The notes: generated by a model not told the origin, from the letters alone. A stretch of DNA of 59,163 bases from Bacillota bacterium (GCA_023415375.1 JAEZKW010000104.1:1-59163); one strand, 5' to 3'; positions 1 to 10,898 are shown, counted from the first letter of the stretch. A program made the numbers and translations.

Positions 1-342
1 GAGCTTAAACAGGAATATAAAAACCGGCCGCGAAATATAGGAATTTTTCAGCTCAAAAATCAAATCAACGGGAAAATTTTTATAGGTTCCAGCCTTAATG
101 TGGATAAGGTTTTCAACCGATTGCAATTTAGCTTAAGTAATGGGGATATTCACATTAATAAGGATTTATTAAAAGATTGGCAGGAATATGGAGAGGAAAA
201 TTTCACTTTTGAAATTTTGGATCAACTTAAACCGGATGAAGATCCGCTATATGATTACAAAGAGGATTTGGAGACGTTGGAAGCATTGTGGCTTGATAAA
301 CTACAGCCCTATGAGGAAAAAGGGTATAACAAAAGGAAATAA
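1..342 (+). CDS. GIY-YIG-type nuclease domain protein, 3' part (start lies upstream of the window)
   Basis: The frame of ORF 100..342 stays open back to base 1 (ELKQEYKNRPRNIGIFQLKNQINGKIFIGSSLNVDKVFNRLQF...). The GIF...GKIFIGSS spacing, a downstream conserved Glu region and the terminal KGYN resemble the GIY-YIG fold. Stop TAA at 340..342. Confidence 0.55.
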   Translation, partial: ELKQEYKNRPRNIGIFQLKNQINGKIFIGSSLNVDKVFNRLQFSLSNGDIHINKDLLKDWQEYGEENFTFEILDQLKPDEDPLYDYKEDLETLEALWLDKLQPYEEKGYNKRK

Positions 343-389
343 TCCAAGTGGATTCAATAATCGCGAGTGCGCGTATATAAATGAAAAGC

Positions 390-1640
390 CTATAGAGGTT
401 TTCCAGGTCTTAAATGTTGGCGATTGGAACGAAGCAAGCATTTACGGTGGAGAAATTGGCGTAAGGATTTGGTTGTCCGCCTTTTAGAATTTTTAGAAAT
501 TAACCACATGGGTTGAGACCAGGCTGTGGCTCCATTTTTGTCACTCACCTCGACCCGAATGAAACCTTCATCACCTGAGCTGGGATAAATCGCCTTATCA
601 GCCCGTACCGCCATAACAACCTGATTTTGGGCGTTAATGAATCGAATCCAAACAGCGCTGGGAGAGTGTACCAATATTTCGGTGCCTTCTACCGTAATTT
701 CCAGATTCGAGGGACCGTTGGTGGCATAAAAAGCACCCTTTTTCAAACGTGTTATGATTGATGACAAATCCAATTGTGGGGCTTTTACCATTACCCAGCC
801 GCTCTTAGAACTGCCAGTATGAGAGTCATCCACTGCTACCCCCCAAATCGGATGTTCCGGTCCATTGCTGATAATCAGTTTATGCCAGATCGTTAAATCT
901 GAAGGGTCTTTGGAGTGGGGATTATCGATTTCGATAAATTGCAGGTTTTTAAGCCGGTATAATTCAAACGGATACCATCTTCCGGTACCGGCGCCTCCTC
1001 GCCATCCGAGGTGGGCAGGCATTGCTATGGTTCCATGTTCGAGAGCTTGATTTAAAAGCTCTTGAACTTTTTTATATTGAGGGCGTTTCTCTTTAGGATT
1101 AATCAATATTAAGTGTTTACCCAAGGGAATGGGCCAGAATAACGCAGGTACAGTCTTTTCGATGCCTGGTAAAACAAGGAAATCATTGGTACTGTATTTT
1201 GAAAAATCTGAAAGGACGTCATGATCGGTAATCGCAAGAATATTGTAACCATCCTTTTTATAGGATTCGATGACTTGAAGCGGCGGGGTATTACTGTCAA
1301 AGGAAAGACTAGAATGAGTGTGCAATTGAGCTTTATAGTACGTACCTTCTTGTTCTAAAGGATTTTGAATTTGGTAATTATTTAATACCAGTAAAGGTTT
1401 AATTTTAAGTTTAGAGGGAATAAAAGATCGTTCGAAACGGAAATTGTGAATGATCTGTAATGCTAAAAAAGTCAGAATCATTGCTAATAAAAATACCCAA
1501 ACCAGAATCAAGATTAAATTAACGATTAAACTCAAAATTGTGTGGGGGAAGAAATGAGCTAAATATTGGAGTAGGATTAAAGTGCCGCAAATTGTCAACA
1601 GTTGCAGTAAAATAATGGGGTTTTTTTTGAATACATTCAT
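390..1640 (-). CDS. membrane-anchored PHP-domain (CehA/McbA-like) metallohydrolase
   Basis: Two N-terminal hydrophobic helices are followed by YYKAQLHTHSSLSFDS and ILAITDHD. These are the His/Asp metal-ligand motifs of the PHP fold. Confidence 0.6.
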   Translation of the reverse strand: MNVFKKNPIILLQLLTICGTLILLQYLAHFFPHTILSLIVNLILILVWVFLLAMILTFLALQIIHNFRFERSFIPSKLKIKPLLVLNNYQIQNPLEQEGTYYKAQLHTHSSLSFDSNTPPLQVIESYKKDGYNILAITDHDVLSDFSKYSTNDFLVLPGIEKTVPALFWPIPLGKHLILINPKEKRPQYKKVQELLNQALEHGTIAMPAHLGWRGGAGTGRWYPFELYRLKNLQFIEIDNPHSKDPSDLTIWHKLIISNGPEHPIWGVAVDDSHTGSSKSGWVMVKAPQLDLSSIITRLKKGAFYATNGPSNLEITVEGTEILVHSPSAVWIRFINAQNQVVMAVRADKAIYPSSGDEGFIRVEVSDKNGATAWSQPMWLISKNSKRRTTKSLRQFLHRKCLLRSNRQHLRPGKPL

Positions 1641-1903
1641 TGAATGCCTCTTTTAAGTTAGTGGCGCATGCGGGCGCAAATCAATGGATGACTAAATTTT
1701 ATAAACAAAATACTAACACTTTATAGTCTTTACATTAAAGGTAAGTAACATTTATTGCTTTTTAGGAAGATAATTCTATTTTACTGTAATTAAATGAAAA
1801 TTACCTGAAATATACCTAAATTATATAGATTTTTCATTAACAAAAGAATAAGGTTATGATAAAATGAGTTGATATTTTAAAGTAGGATATAAGGGGAAAT
1901 AGA

Positions 1904-3979
1904 ATGGTTAAACGGATTATGAAGTATTTTCAACCGCATAAAAAACGGCTGATCGCGGTTTTTTGTATTTCAATTTTTGTATCCATATTTACTTTAATGG
2001 ATGCATGGCTGATGGGACGTTTGTCCGACGCAATTTTCTATCGGACCAAAGGGTTGCCGATCAGTGCCAAAGCATCTCTTAATCAAACCAAAGATTTTAA
2101 TCTAAATCTAGTTAAAAATATTCCATGGTCATCTACTGAACTGCGGACTCTCACGAAGGATATCAGACATTACGGCTTAATCGTTCAGTCTGTCGGTCGG
2201 ACGGAAAGTAATGCAATAATAGTCAGAGTTCGAGCACCTCAAAGTCTTGCCAAAGATCCTTTAAACATACCGCCACTTTTACAGCAGCACCTGCAAAAGA
2301 GTTTTAAGGGAATTCAAGTTTATATTTCAGGCGAAATAAGGACCACTCAGAGCGGATTCCGGCTGTTCCCCCAATTTTATACGATTTTTATTTTACCTTT
2401 TTTGGTGATCATCTTTTGGTTTTTCCGAGGAATTTTTACCTACAGCCAGAATTATTTGATAGGATCCGTAGGTCAAAAGACCATTATGAGGCTTCGTAAC
2501 GAGATTTATGAAAATTTACAGAATCTATCCATCAGCTATTTTGAACGGAATAAAAGCGGACAAACCGGACAGGTAATATCCAGAATTTTATCGGATATTG
2601 ATTCCATTAATTTTCTTTTCACTTCAGGGATTATGAATATGGTACTTAAACCTTTGATATTAATCCTTGGCCTAGTTTGGGGAATCATATTAAATTGGAA
2701 ATTGACGCTGATGTTTTTCTTAGTATTTCCATTACTTACGATTCCAATGAGTAAGTTGTCGCAAAAGCTAAGAAAAGTCAATACCCAGATTATGAACAAA
2801 TCTGCCGATATTACTGATGTTTTGGAAGAGACTCTTACTGGTATTAAAGTTGTAAAAGCTTTTGGTATGGAAAAGTATGAAGTTAAGCGCTTTAAAAGTG
2901 AAACCAGATCGAGCTATGACGCAACCATTAAAGGTTTAAAAGTAGGACAAATGTTCAATCCAATCATCGATCTTACGATTTCGGTCGGTCTGGCCATCTT
3001 TATTGTTTATAGCGGGTATTTAGTTATGCATGAATCGATGAATCCAAGTGATTTTATGACCTTTTCTTTTTTAATGGCCTATATGGCCGAACCTATTCGT
3101 GCTTTGAGCGGAATATATTCCAGCTTTCCGAAAGCCCTGGTTGCGGCGGAACGGGTTTTTGCTCTCATTGATGAAAAATCTGAGGTGGTAGAGGCAGCAA
3201 ACCCGGTTGAGCTCAAAAATGTTGTTGGCAAGGTTGAATTTGAAAACGTCACTTTTGGATATACGCCTGAGAATATTGTTTTACAAGGAATTAATCTAGT
3301 AGTGAATCCTGGTGAAGTGATTGCTTTGGTGGGTCCCAGCGGCGCTGGAAAAACAACGATGATTAATTTAGTGGCCCGTTTCTATGATCCGGTCAATGGA
3401 AATATTAAAATTGACGGATATAATTTACGGGACATTAAAATGAGTTGTTTACGTCAGGCGATGGGGATTGTTCCTCAGGAAACGGTACTTTTTAGAGGGA
3501 CGATTGCCGAAAACATTGCCTATGGGAAAATGGATGCTACGATGGAAGAGATTGTCGTTGCTGCAAAGGCTTCAAATGCTCATGAGTTCATCGAGAAGAT
3601 GCCGGAGGGGTATCAGACAAAAGTCGGCTCACGGGGTACTACTCTTTCAGGTGGCCAAAGACAGCGTATTGCTATTGCCCGGGCATTATTGAGAGATCCC
3701 AGACTTTTGATATTGGACGAAGCAACTTCAGCACTTGACACCCAATCGGAAATCTTGGTTCAAGATGCGCTCCAAAAATTGATGAAGAACCGGACTTGTT
3801 TTGTAATTGCTCACCGGTTGTCAACGATTCGGAGTGCCAATCGGATTGTCGTTATGCAGGGGGGGAAAATCGTTGAAATGGGTACTCATGATGAGCTTTT
3901 AACCCTGGATGGTTTATATGCAATGTTGTATAAAACGCAGTTTCGGAATCAGGAAGGAGATTCCAATACCAATAGCTGA
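1904..3979 (+). CDS. MsbA/type-I ABC exporter (fused permease-ATPase) with a ~110-aa insert between TM1 and TM2
   Basis: Walker A GPSGAGKTT, signature LSGGQRQRIAIARAL and Walker B LLILDEATSALD are present. There is an N-terminal six-helix TMD. RBS AAGGGGA lies before the ATG. Confidence 0.88.
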   Translation: MVKRIMKYFQPHKKRLIAVFCISIFVSIFTLMDAWLMGRLSDAIFYRTKGLPISAKASLNQTKDFNLNLVKNIPWSSTELRTLTKDIRHYGLIVQSVGRTESNAIIVRVRAPQSLAKDPLNIPPLLQQHLQKSFKGIQVYISGEIRTTQSGFRLFPQFYTIFILPFLVIIFWFFRGIFTYSQNYLIGSVGQKTIMRLRNEIYENLQNLSISYFERNKSGQTGQVISRILSDIDSINFLFTSGIMNMVLKPLILILGLVWGIILNWKLTLMFFLVFPLLTIPMSKLSQKLRKVNTQIMNKSADITDVLEETLTGIKVVKAFGMEKYEVKRFKSETRSSYDATIKGLKVGQMFNPIIDLTISVGLAIFIVYSGYLVMHESMNPSDFMTFSFLMAYMAEPIRALSGIYSSFPKALVAAERVFALIDEKSEVVEAANPVELKNVVGKVEFENVTFGYTPENIVLQGINLVVNPGEVIALVGPSGAGKTTMINLVARFYDPVNGNIKIDGYNLRDIKMSCLRQAMGIVPQETVLFRGTIAENIAYGKMDATMEEIVVAAKASNAHEFIEKMPEGYQTKVGSRGTTLSGGQRQRIAIARALLRDPRLLILDEATSALDTQSEILVQDALQKLMKNRTCFVIAHRLSTIRSANRIVVMQGGKIVEMGTHDELLTLDGLYAMLYKTQFRNQEGDSNTNS

Positions 3980-4026
3980 TTTTTTTAAAGGATGAGCTGG
4001 CCTTTTGTAGAAGACTCCCTTAGAAA

Positions 4027-5250
4027 TTGAAGATGCGTGGTAGGTTAGAACCAAAACGCATGTTTAAAGGGGGGTCTTTTTTGCGCTTTTTATCAAGATT
4101 TCAAAGACTTCTAACCTTTATAGTTACTCTTTTATTTTTAGTTACTGCAAGCGCCCATGCGAGTAATGAAAGCCAGGAAAACCTACAGAAACTTATTAAG
4201 CGGACTCGGCAAGAGATCTCCAATCAAAAGGCAAAAGAAAAGTCAGTGCTTACCAACCTAAGTAAGCAGCAAAAGGAACTTGATGTTTTGGAGGATAATC
4301 ATCGGCAGCTACAAGGTAAACTAACAGTAACTCAGAATAAATTTATGGTAACCCAAGCAGAACAGCAAAAACTTCAAAAAAGTTTGGGGACCCTGGAACG
4401 AAATTTGTCAAGGCGTCAGCGCTTATTAAACCAAAGACTCATTGCTTCCTATAAATATGGACCCCTTTCTTATTTGGAAATTCTTTTCCGGGCGCGGGAT
4501 TATGCCGATTTGATTAGCCGTTTTGGGATGATTGCTTATTTCGTCAATGATGATATACATTCTATAGTTACTGTGCAAAAAGTAAAGGTTCAGGTCAAAG
4601 TCCAGCAACAAACCGTCAAATTGAAAAAGCAACAAGTTGAATCGGAATTACAAAAAATATCAGTATTAAAAAATCAAGTTGATGAAAGTCAAAAAAAGGT
4701 TGCCTCTAAAGTTAAACAGACTAAAACCGAACTGACTAGGATTGAGTCAAATCGCCATCAATTAGAAAGAGCACTTGAAGAATATGAGGAAACTTCACGT
4801 GAAATTGGCAATCAAATTAATAAAACTGAGCGGAATAATCCAGGCGAGATATTGGGTAGCGGGAAAATGATTTGGCCGGTTACAGGACCTATCAATATTA
4901 CTTCTCCTTTTGGTTGGCGATATCATCCGGTATTGCGAGTCAAGAAATTTCATAATGGGAAAGATATTGCTGTTCCGAGTGGGACTCCGGTCCGTGCAGC
5001 TGATAGCGGTGTTGTTATAGTGAGTGGATGGAAAGGAGGATATGGCAATTATATCGCTATTGACCATGGAAATGGTATTTCTACAGGATATGGGCACAAT
5101 TCACGATTGCTGGTTCACCAAGGTGAAAGGGTAACCAAGGGACAAATTATTGCTTACTCGGGAAGCACCGGTTTATCCACTGGCCCTCATGTTCATTTTG
5201 AAGTTAGAAAAAATGGAGACCCGATTGACCCATCACCCTTTTTACCCTAA
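4027..5250 (+). CDS. coiled-coil M23 (LytM/EnvC-like) murein endopeptidase
   Basis: A signal/TM segment is followed by a ~230-aa Q/K/E-rich coiled coil. The C-terminal M23 motifs are HNGKDIAVPSGTPV and GSTGLSTGPHVHFEV. The exact start is uncertain (alternatives ATG 4033 or 4060). Confidence 0.85.
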   Translation: MKMRGRLEPKRMFKGGSFLRFLSRFQRLLTFIVTLLFLVTASAHASNESQENLQKLIKRTRQEISNQKAKEKSVLTNLSKQQKELDVLEDNHRQLQGKLTVTQNKFMVTQAEQQKLQKSLGTLERNLSRRQRLLNQRLIASYKYGPLSYLEILFRARDYADLISRFGMIAYFVNDDIHSIVTVQKVKVQVKVQQQTVKLKKQQVESELQKISVLKNQVDESQKKVASKVKQTKTELTRIESNRHQLERALEEYEETSREIGNQINKTERNNPGEILGSGKMIWPVTGPINITSPFGWRYHPVLRVKKFHNGKDIAVPSGTPVRAADSGVVIVSGWKGGYGNYIAIDHGNGISTGYGHNSRLLVHQGERVTKGQIIAYSGSTGLSTGPHVHFEVRKNGDPIDPSPFLP

Positions 5251-5595
5251 TAAATAAACCAAGTTCAGTTACATCAAGGAAATTGAACTTGGCAGAAAGA
5301 AGAGAAACCGGTAAGTTCATCCGAAAAAATCACTTGCTTTTTAAACAAGCAGTCACTAAATTTTACCTGTAACTAAACTGAAGTTTAGTTAATAGCCTCG
5401 ATTTAGCCAATTTTTCTGCGCCTTTAGTAGAAAAATTGAAACTTACTTGCCAAACCGAGCTATAATGAACCTGAGATTCACCGTTTTACCTGATGAACCA
5501 TAATTATCGTCACTTGTATTACCGGTTTCTCATTAAATATTATGTGACCCTCAGAGTATTTTATGCGGGAAATCGGAAAAATCAGTTTTCCAAAA

Positions 5596-6462
5596 TTAAC
5601 CACATATTTGTTTTAAAAAAGCTTTTATCGGCCAAGTAAGATACTTATCATTTCGATAAATCAGATAGGTCTGACGGCACATCGAAGTCCATTCTTTTAC
5701 CTCGACTTTTTGGAGCCGTTTCCCTGCTAATTCCTCACGTACAGCAATTTCTGGTAAAAAAGCCAGCCCGAATCCTGTTTGGACTAACCGGATGATGGCT
5801 TCAATACTTTCCATTTCCATACTAATTTTGGGAGTAAAATTATTGCGGCGAAAATTTTCATCCAGAAAGACCCGAAATCCCGATCCGCTTCGGAAAAGAA
5901 TTAATGATTCTTTACCCAGATCCTGTATGGTAATGGTAGAAGGGTAATGTGGAGGCCCAATCAACCAGATAGGGTCTTTGAAAATGGGTAAAATCCTCAA
6001 TAAATTGTCACTGGAATTGATGGTTGTGACCAGGCCTAGATCGACTGCATTATCATAGACCAACTGGGTTGTCAGTTTCGAATCACCATTTCGAATCTGA
6101 ATTTCAATTTGAGGGTGTTGATTGCGATAATTCTGAAGAATCTGCGGTAAACGAAAAATTGTATTGGTACTACCGGCAGCAATAGTCAGTCTGCCTTTTA
6201 GATTGGAATATTGGCGGACAGTCTCAACTGCTTGTTCAGTAAGGTTTAGGATTTGATGGGTAAACGATAAAAAAACTTCCCCGGCCGGTGTCAAACCAAG
6301 GTTTCGTCCAGAACGGTCCAGCAGTAATTCGCCGATCTCACTTTCCAAGTGTTTTATTTGCTGGGTCACCGCAGGTTGAGTAAGATGGAGCTCCATGGCG
6401 GCTTTTGAAAAACTCCGATAGGCAGCTACTAAACGGAAAGTTTGGAGCTGGCAGAATTCCAT
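5596..6462 (-). CDS. LysR-family transcriptional regulator
   Basis: The N-terminal wHTH is FSKAAMELHLTQPAVTQQIKHLE. The ~290-aa length and substrate-binding-domain layout fit the family. It is divergent from purA. Confidence 0.85.
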   Translation of the reverse strand: MEFCQLQTFRLVAAYRSFSKAAMELHLTQPAVTQQIKHLESEIGELLLDRSGRNLGLTPAGEVFLSFTHQILNLTEQAVETVRQYSNLKGRLTIAAGSTNTIFRLPQILQNYRNQHPQIEIQIRNGDSKLTTQLVYDNAVDLGLVTTINSSDNLLRILPIFKDPIWLIGPPHYPSTITIQDLGKESLILFRSGSGFRVFLDENFRRNNFTPKISMEMESIEAIIRLVQTGFGLAFLPEIAVREELAGKRLQKVEVKEWTSMCRQTYLIYRNDKYLTWPIKAFLKQICG

Positions 6463-6669
6463 ACATATCGAATCCTTTCATAAAAAAAAATTATAGGTTA
6501 TATTAATTCTATTAATTTGAATTATATCATATCCTATGCTATGCTAAAAGGGCACATTAAGGGGAGTTGGAATTTTTGAATTTGGAGAATGCAAGACCGA
6601 TAATGGCGCGTGCGACTTATAATTATCGTCTGGCTTCTTTCTACTGCTTATTCTTAGGATCAAAGTTAA

Positions 6670-7977
<1,308 letters not shown>

Positions 7978-8028
7978 GAAGTTTGAATCATTTGTCATAA
8001 TATGGTTAATGAATAAACAAAAAAAAGG

Positions 8029-8057
8029 TTGACACTTGGTTTAAAATATTGTAAGAT
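8029..8057 (+). promoter_or_regulatory. sigma70-type promoter for the tRNA-Lys/tRNA-Glu pair
   Basis: TTGACA (8029..8034), a 17-nt spacer, then TAAGAT (8052..8057). It sits ~40 nt upstream of tRNA-Lys. Confidence 0.6.
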
Positions 8058-8096
8058 ATAAAAGCTGATTCGCGAAACAATCGTGACAAGCTCAAT

Positions 8097-8172
8097 GGGT
8101 CATTAGCTCAGGCGGTAGAGCACCTGACTTTTAATCAGGGTGTCCGGAGTTCGAGTCTCCGATGACCCACCA
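8097..8172 (+). tRNA. tRNA-Lys (anticodon UUU), CCA encoded
   Basis: Cloverleaf read by hand. Acceptor GGGTCAT/ATGACCC, D arm GCTC/GAGC, anticodon arm CCTGA-CTTTTAA-TCAGG, T arm CGGAG-TTCGAGT-CTCCG, discriminator A, then CCA. Confidence 0.95.
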
Positions 8173-8251
8173 GTTTTTTAAAAGTTAAAAGGGAAAAGAG
8201 AAAAGTTAAAAAGGTTTTACACTTTACCCTTTGCACTTTACAATTTAATAT

Positions 8252-8327
8252 GGTCCCATCGTCTAGAGGCCTAGGACACCGCCCTTTCACGGCGGTGACA
8301 CGAGTTCGAATCTCGTTGGGACTACCA
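8252..8327 (+). tRNA. tRNA-Glu (anticodon UUC), CCA encoded; integration target of the downstream island
   Basis: Acceptor GGTCCCA/TGGGACT (G1-U72 wobble), D arm GTCT/GGAC, anticodon arm CCGCC-CTTTCAC-GGCGG, T arm ACGAG-TTCGAAT-CTCGT. It closely resembles the tRNA-Glu sequences I know. Confidence 0.93.
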
Positions 8328-8341
8328 AAAAGTAATCGAAC

Positions 8342-8394
8342 AGGGTTGAAACTTCTAAGAATTTTTCTAAGAATGGTTTAAACCCTTTATTTAT
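8342..8394 (+). terminator. stem-loop downstream of tRNA-Glu (possible island-supplied terminator or att arm sites)
   Basis: AGGGTTGAAAC (8342..8352) pairs with GTTTAAACCCT (8376..8386) with one mismatch. The arms enclose two direct TTCTAAGAAT repeats (8353..8362, 8365..8374). A T-rich tail follows. Confidence 0.35.
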
Positions 8395-8415
8395 GCGAAT
8401 ATAAAATATAATATT

Positions 8416-8760
8416 TTATTTTTCAACAGCAGTCTTCTTTTGGAGGACTGCTTTTCCATATAGTTCCGATGCATCACGACCGACTGTTGTTTTGCTATGG
8501 CCGTATGTTCTTTTGGTGAAATACATATCCGCATGATTAACCAGATCGGAAACCTTTTCAAGCGGAACACCCAATTCCAACAAGTTTGTCACGAACGAAT
8601 GTCTAAGGGCATGAAATTTACCTCTTTTTTTAGTTTGGGGTACTAAACCATCTTGTTGTAATTTCCGTGGGATTTCATCGGCAACATATTCTAATAGAAT
8701 ATTCATTGTTATTGGTTGAGTATAACCGTCTCTCCCATATGTATCCCCGTTGTTAACCAA
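8416..8760 (-). pseudogene. tyrosine recombinase/integrase, C-terminal catalytic fragment only
   Basis: HALRHSF (H-x-x-R box) and TKRTYGHS (catalytic Tyr region) are present. The N-terminal SAM-like domain and first Arg box are absent. The frame is closed by an in-frame TGA just upstream of 8760. Confidence 0.75.
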
Positions 8761-8988
8761 GCGGTTTTTGATGTATTCTCATCAATTAATTTCCCACTTT
8801 AGACCAAACCGCGTGAGGTGATTAAGATGCCAAGACCAAAAGGTTCTAAAAACAAGCTAATGTACAAGAAACCAAAACCCGGATTTATGAATGCCTGACA
8901 ATGGGATAACAAGAGCCAAATGAAGGGAGACTTTCACGTTTGGTTCCGTGAGAAGCTCGGGGTAAAATTTCTCGGGTTTACTCGACCT

Positions 8989-9120
8989 TTGCTCACTTAC
9001 TTCAAAATCTTTGACGATGCTTGCCACGCTTCGCTTCTCTTGATTGATTAATCTAATGATATCAGCTTTGAATTCTTGATTATAGCGTTTACTGGTGTTT
9101 GTCTTTTCGTTGCCCTCCAC
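8989..9120 (-). pseudogene. IS3-family OrfA (HTH_Tnp_1) N-terminal fragment
   Basis: KRYNQEFKADIIRLINQEKRSVASIVKDFEVSEQ matches the IS3/IS911 OrfA helix-turn-helix pattern. Similarity ends after ~44 aa and no OrfB/DDE part is present. Confidence 0.6.
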
Positions 9121-9304
9121 AGGTTTTATTTTACCCTAACTCGCCTGTGTTCGGCAAACCGGGTATAGGTCATAGAAATCCAACGTTTGTCATGTGGGCG
9201 ATAGCAGATCGACTTAGTGAATGGTTTTTACCGCCTGGATATAATGCTTTTCATTCATTACGTTGACAAGATACCTTTGATACTGTCTAGTAGAATATTT
9301 TAGT

Positions 9305-9350
9305 CAAAAAGAAGAAGAACATCTCTCCGAGGAAAGCCGAAGAGATGTTC
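9305..9350 (-). terminator. rho-independent terminator of the GH16 lipoprotein gene
   Basis: On the minus strand, GAACATCTCT...AGAGATGTTC forms a 10-bp stem. It is followed by TTCTTCTTTTTG, 33 nt after the stop at 9383. Confidence 0.7.
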
Positions 9351-9382
9351 TCGCTGATTCATGATTATTTTATATTAATATA

Positions 9383-10159
9383 TTATTGATAGGCCACCCA
9401 ATCATAATACGCATAAAGCGGCGTTGCCCCGTTATAGGCGCCGAGCCAGGAATCGACGCCGGTCCCGGGCCATAAATTCATATAAATGTGACCCGGGGTC
9501 GTGGGGATGCTGGTGGTCGCCCGGTAAACCTCAACGCCATCAACCAACCAGGCGATATACGTGGATTGCCAGTTAAAGGCATAAGTATGGTAAGCGGAGG
9601 AAGCATCGAAGCCTAAGCTGTAAAGCTTTTCATGACCCCCGACGCCGTTTGTGTAATAATTAAACTGGACTTTGGTAGTATCCTTGCCCAGAAATTCAAT
9701 GTCGATTTCATCCCAAACCGTCCCAAAGGTGGGCCCGGTATACGTAAAGAACGATGAAACAACGCCGGTATTCTTGGCCGGTTTCATCCGGACTTGATAC
9801 AATCCGTAGCTGTAGGTGTTCGTTGTCCGGATCTCTCCCGATGAGTATGGTTTTCCGGATGAAGCGGTGTTATCCAGTTTTATGGTCATCACCGAGTTGG
9901 CGTATGTAATATGATCCGCTTTCCAACCGCAATTAAACATGCCGCCATTGGTCCAACCGTCTGATTTCGTCCATGACGCCGTATTATAAGAATCCATCCC
10001 ATCGCCGAAATGGGTGGTTACCAAGGACTTCGCTGCCATCGTATCGGAAGGACCCGAAGTCGTCATGTTGGTGTCGGTTTCGCTGGTGCCGCATCCTCCC
10101 ATAATGACGGCGCTGATCAGGAACATCGCAGAAGTCAATAATATTGGCGTTTTTTTCAT
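9383..10159 (-). CDS. GH16 licheninase-type beta-1,3-1,4-glucanase, lipoprotein
   Basis: The catalytic motif WDEIDIEFLGKDTTKVQFNYYTNG is present. The lipobox is VIMGGC. ATG 10159 is preceded by AAGGAGG; the track start 10231 is an upstream extension. Confidence 0.9.
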   Translation of the reverse strand: MKKTPILLTSAMFLISAVIMGGCGTSETDTNMTTSGPSDTMAAKSLVTTHFGDGMDSYNTASWTKSDGWTNGGMFNCGWKADHITYANSVMTIKLDNTASSGKPYSSGEIRTTNTYSYGLYQVRMKPAKNTGVVSSFFTYTGPTFGTVWDEIDIEFLGKDTTKVQFNYYTNGVGGHEKLYSLGFDASSAYHTYAFNWQSTYIAWLVDGVEVYRATTSIPTTPGHIYMNLWPGTGVDSWLGAYNGATPLYAYYDWVAYQ

Positions 10160-10241
10160 AACAATCCTCCTTAATATATTACATATTGACCGTTTTCTTT
10201 CAAACAAAGGATGTTTCCCGCCCCGTACCATAAAACTTGCA

Positions 10242-10898
10242 TCAAGGCGTCACTTCAAATAGATCAAAACATAACTCGCCGCTCCCGCTAACCATTGCGA
10301 TCTGCCATTCGGTGGCCGGCCAGTCGAAAATTCGGTTAGCGGTTATTCCTTTGGGTTGCCAGTCGGTCCTGGATTTAAAGGCGGAGAAGGGGATTACCAC
10401 ATGGGTCCATTGGGTCGACTCAATGGTTTGCACCAGGGAGCGGAAACCCTCGGTATCCTTGTCGTCCAACTCCATGATATATGACTGTTTGGTCCCGTTT
10501 CCCTTGACCCAGAACGATAAATTTTTGTACTTGCTCCAGTCCATCATGGCTGATATAACCTTTGGATCGGTCGAAGTCGGAACCCAACCGCCGCCGGCGT
10601 AGCCGCCGCTGACCAATTTATAAGTAACTTTGATGGCTTTTTGGCATTGGGCCGCATCGCCGACCACTTCAAACTTGATTGTGGACTTTTTGCCGCCGTC
10701 TTTGTCGTCCCAGCAAATACTGGTGTATTTGCCGTTATCGGCAGACTTGGCGTCCGTCGAATCCACCGTGGCGGTAAAGTCTTCAAAGTCAGTTAAGAGC
10801 ATACCACCGGGAGTGGGCTGGGCGATATCGGCCGCGAAGACCAAACTGCCCGATAGTCCTAAGATTATTAATAAACCGGTTATCATGAGCTTTTTCAT
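10242..10898 (-). CDS. secreted stand-alone CBM11-like carbohydrate-binding protein
   Basis: There is a signal peptide. LTDFEDF, DWSKYKNLSFWVKG and WTHVVIPFSAFKSRTDWQPKG parallel the C. thermocellum CBM11 sequence as I remember it. No catalytic domain is present. Confidence 0.65.
   Translation of the reverse strand: MKKLMITGLLIILGLSGSLVFAADIAQPTPGGMLLTDFEDFTATVDSTDAKSADNGKYTSICWDDKDGGKKSTIKFEVVGDAAQCQKAIKVTYKLVSGGYAGGGWVPTSTDPKVISAMMDWSKYKNLSFWVKGNGTKQSYIMELDDKDTEGFRSLVQTIESTQWTHVVIPFSAFKSRTDWQPKGITANRIFDWPATEWQIAMVSGSGELCFDLFEVTP

Noticed and set aside
188-487. A 99-aa plus-strand ORF overlaps the end of the GIY-YIG gene and the convergent PHP gene.
   Set aside because: It is out of frame with respect to a better-supported gene, overlaps the 3' end of the minus-strand gene, and has no RBS or recognisable motif.
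5500-6630. An identical 12-mer, ATAATTATCGTC, flanks the LysR gene on both sides (5500..5511 and 6619..6630). I considered whether these are insertion-site duplications.
   Set aside because: Roughly a hundred chance 12-mer matches are expected in a 59-kb AT-rich window. The similarity does not extend beyond the 12-mer, and no mobility gene lies between the copies.
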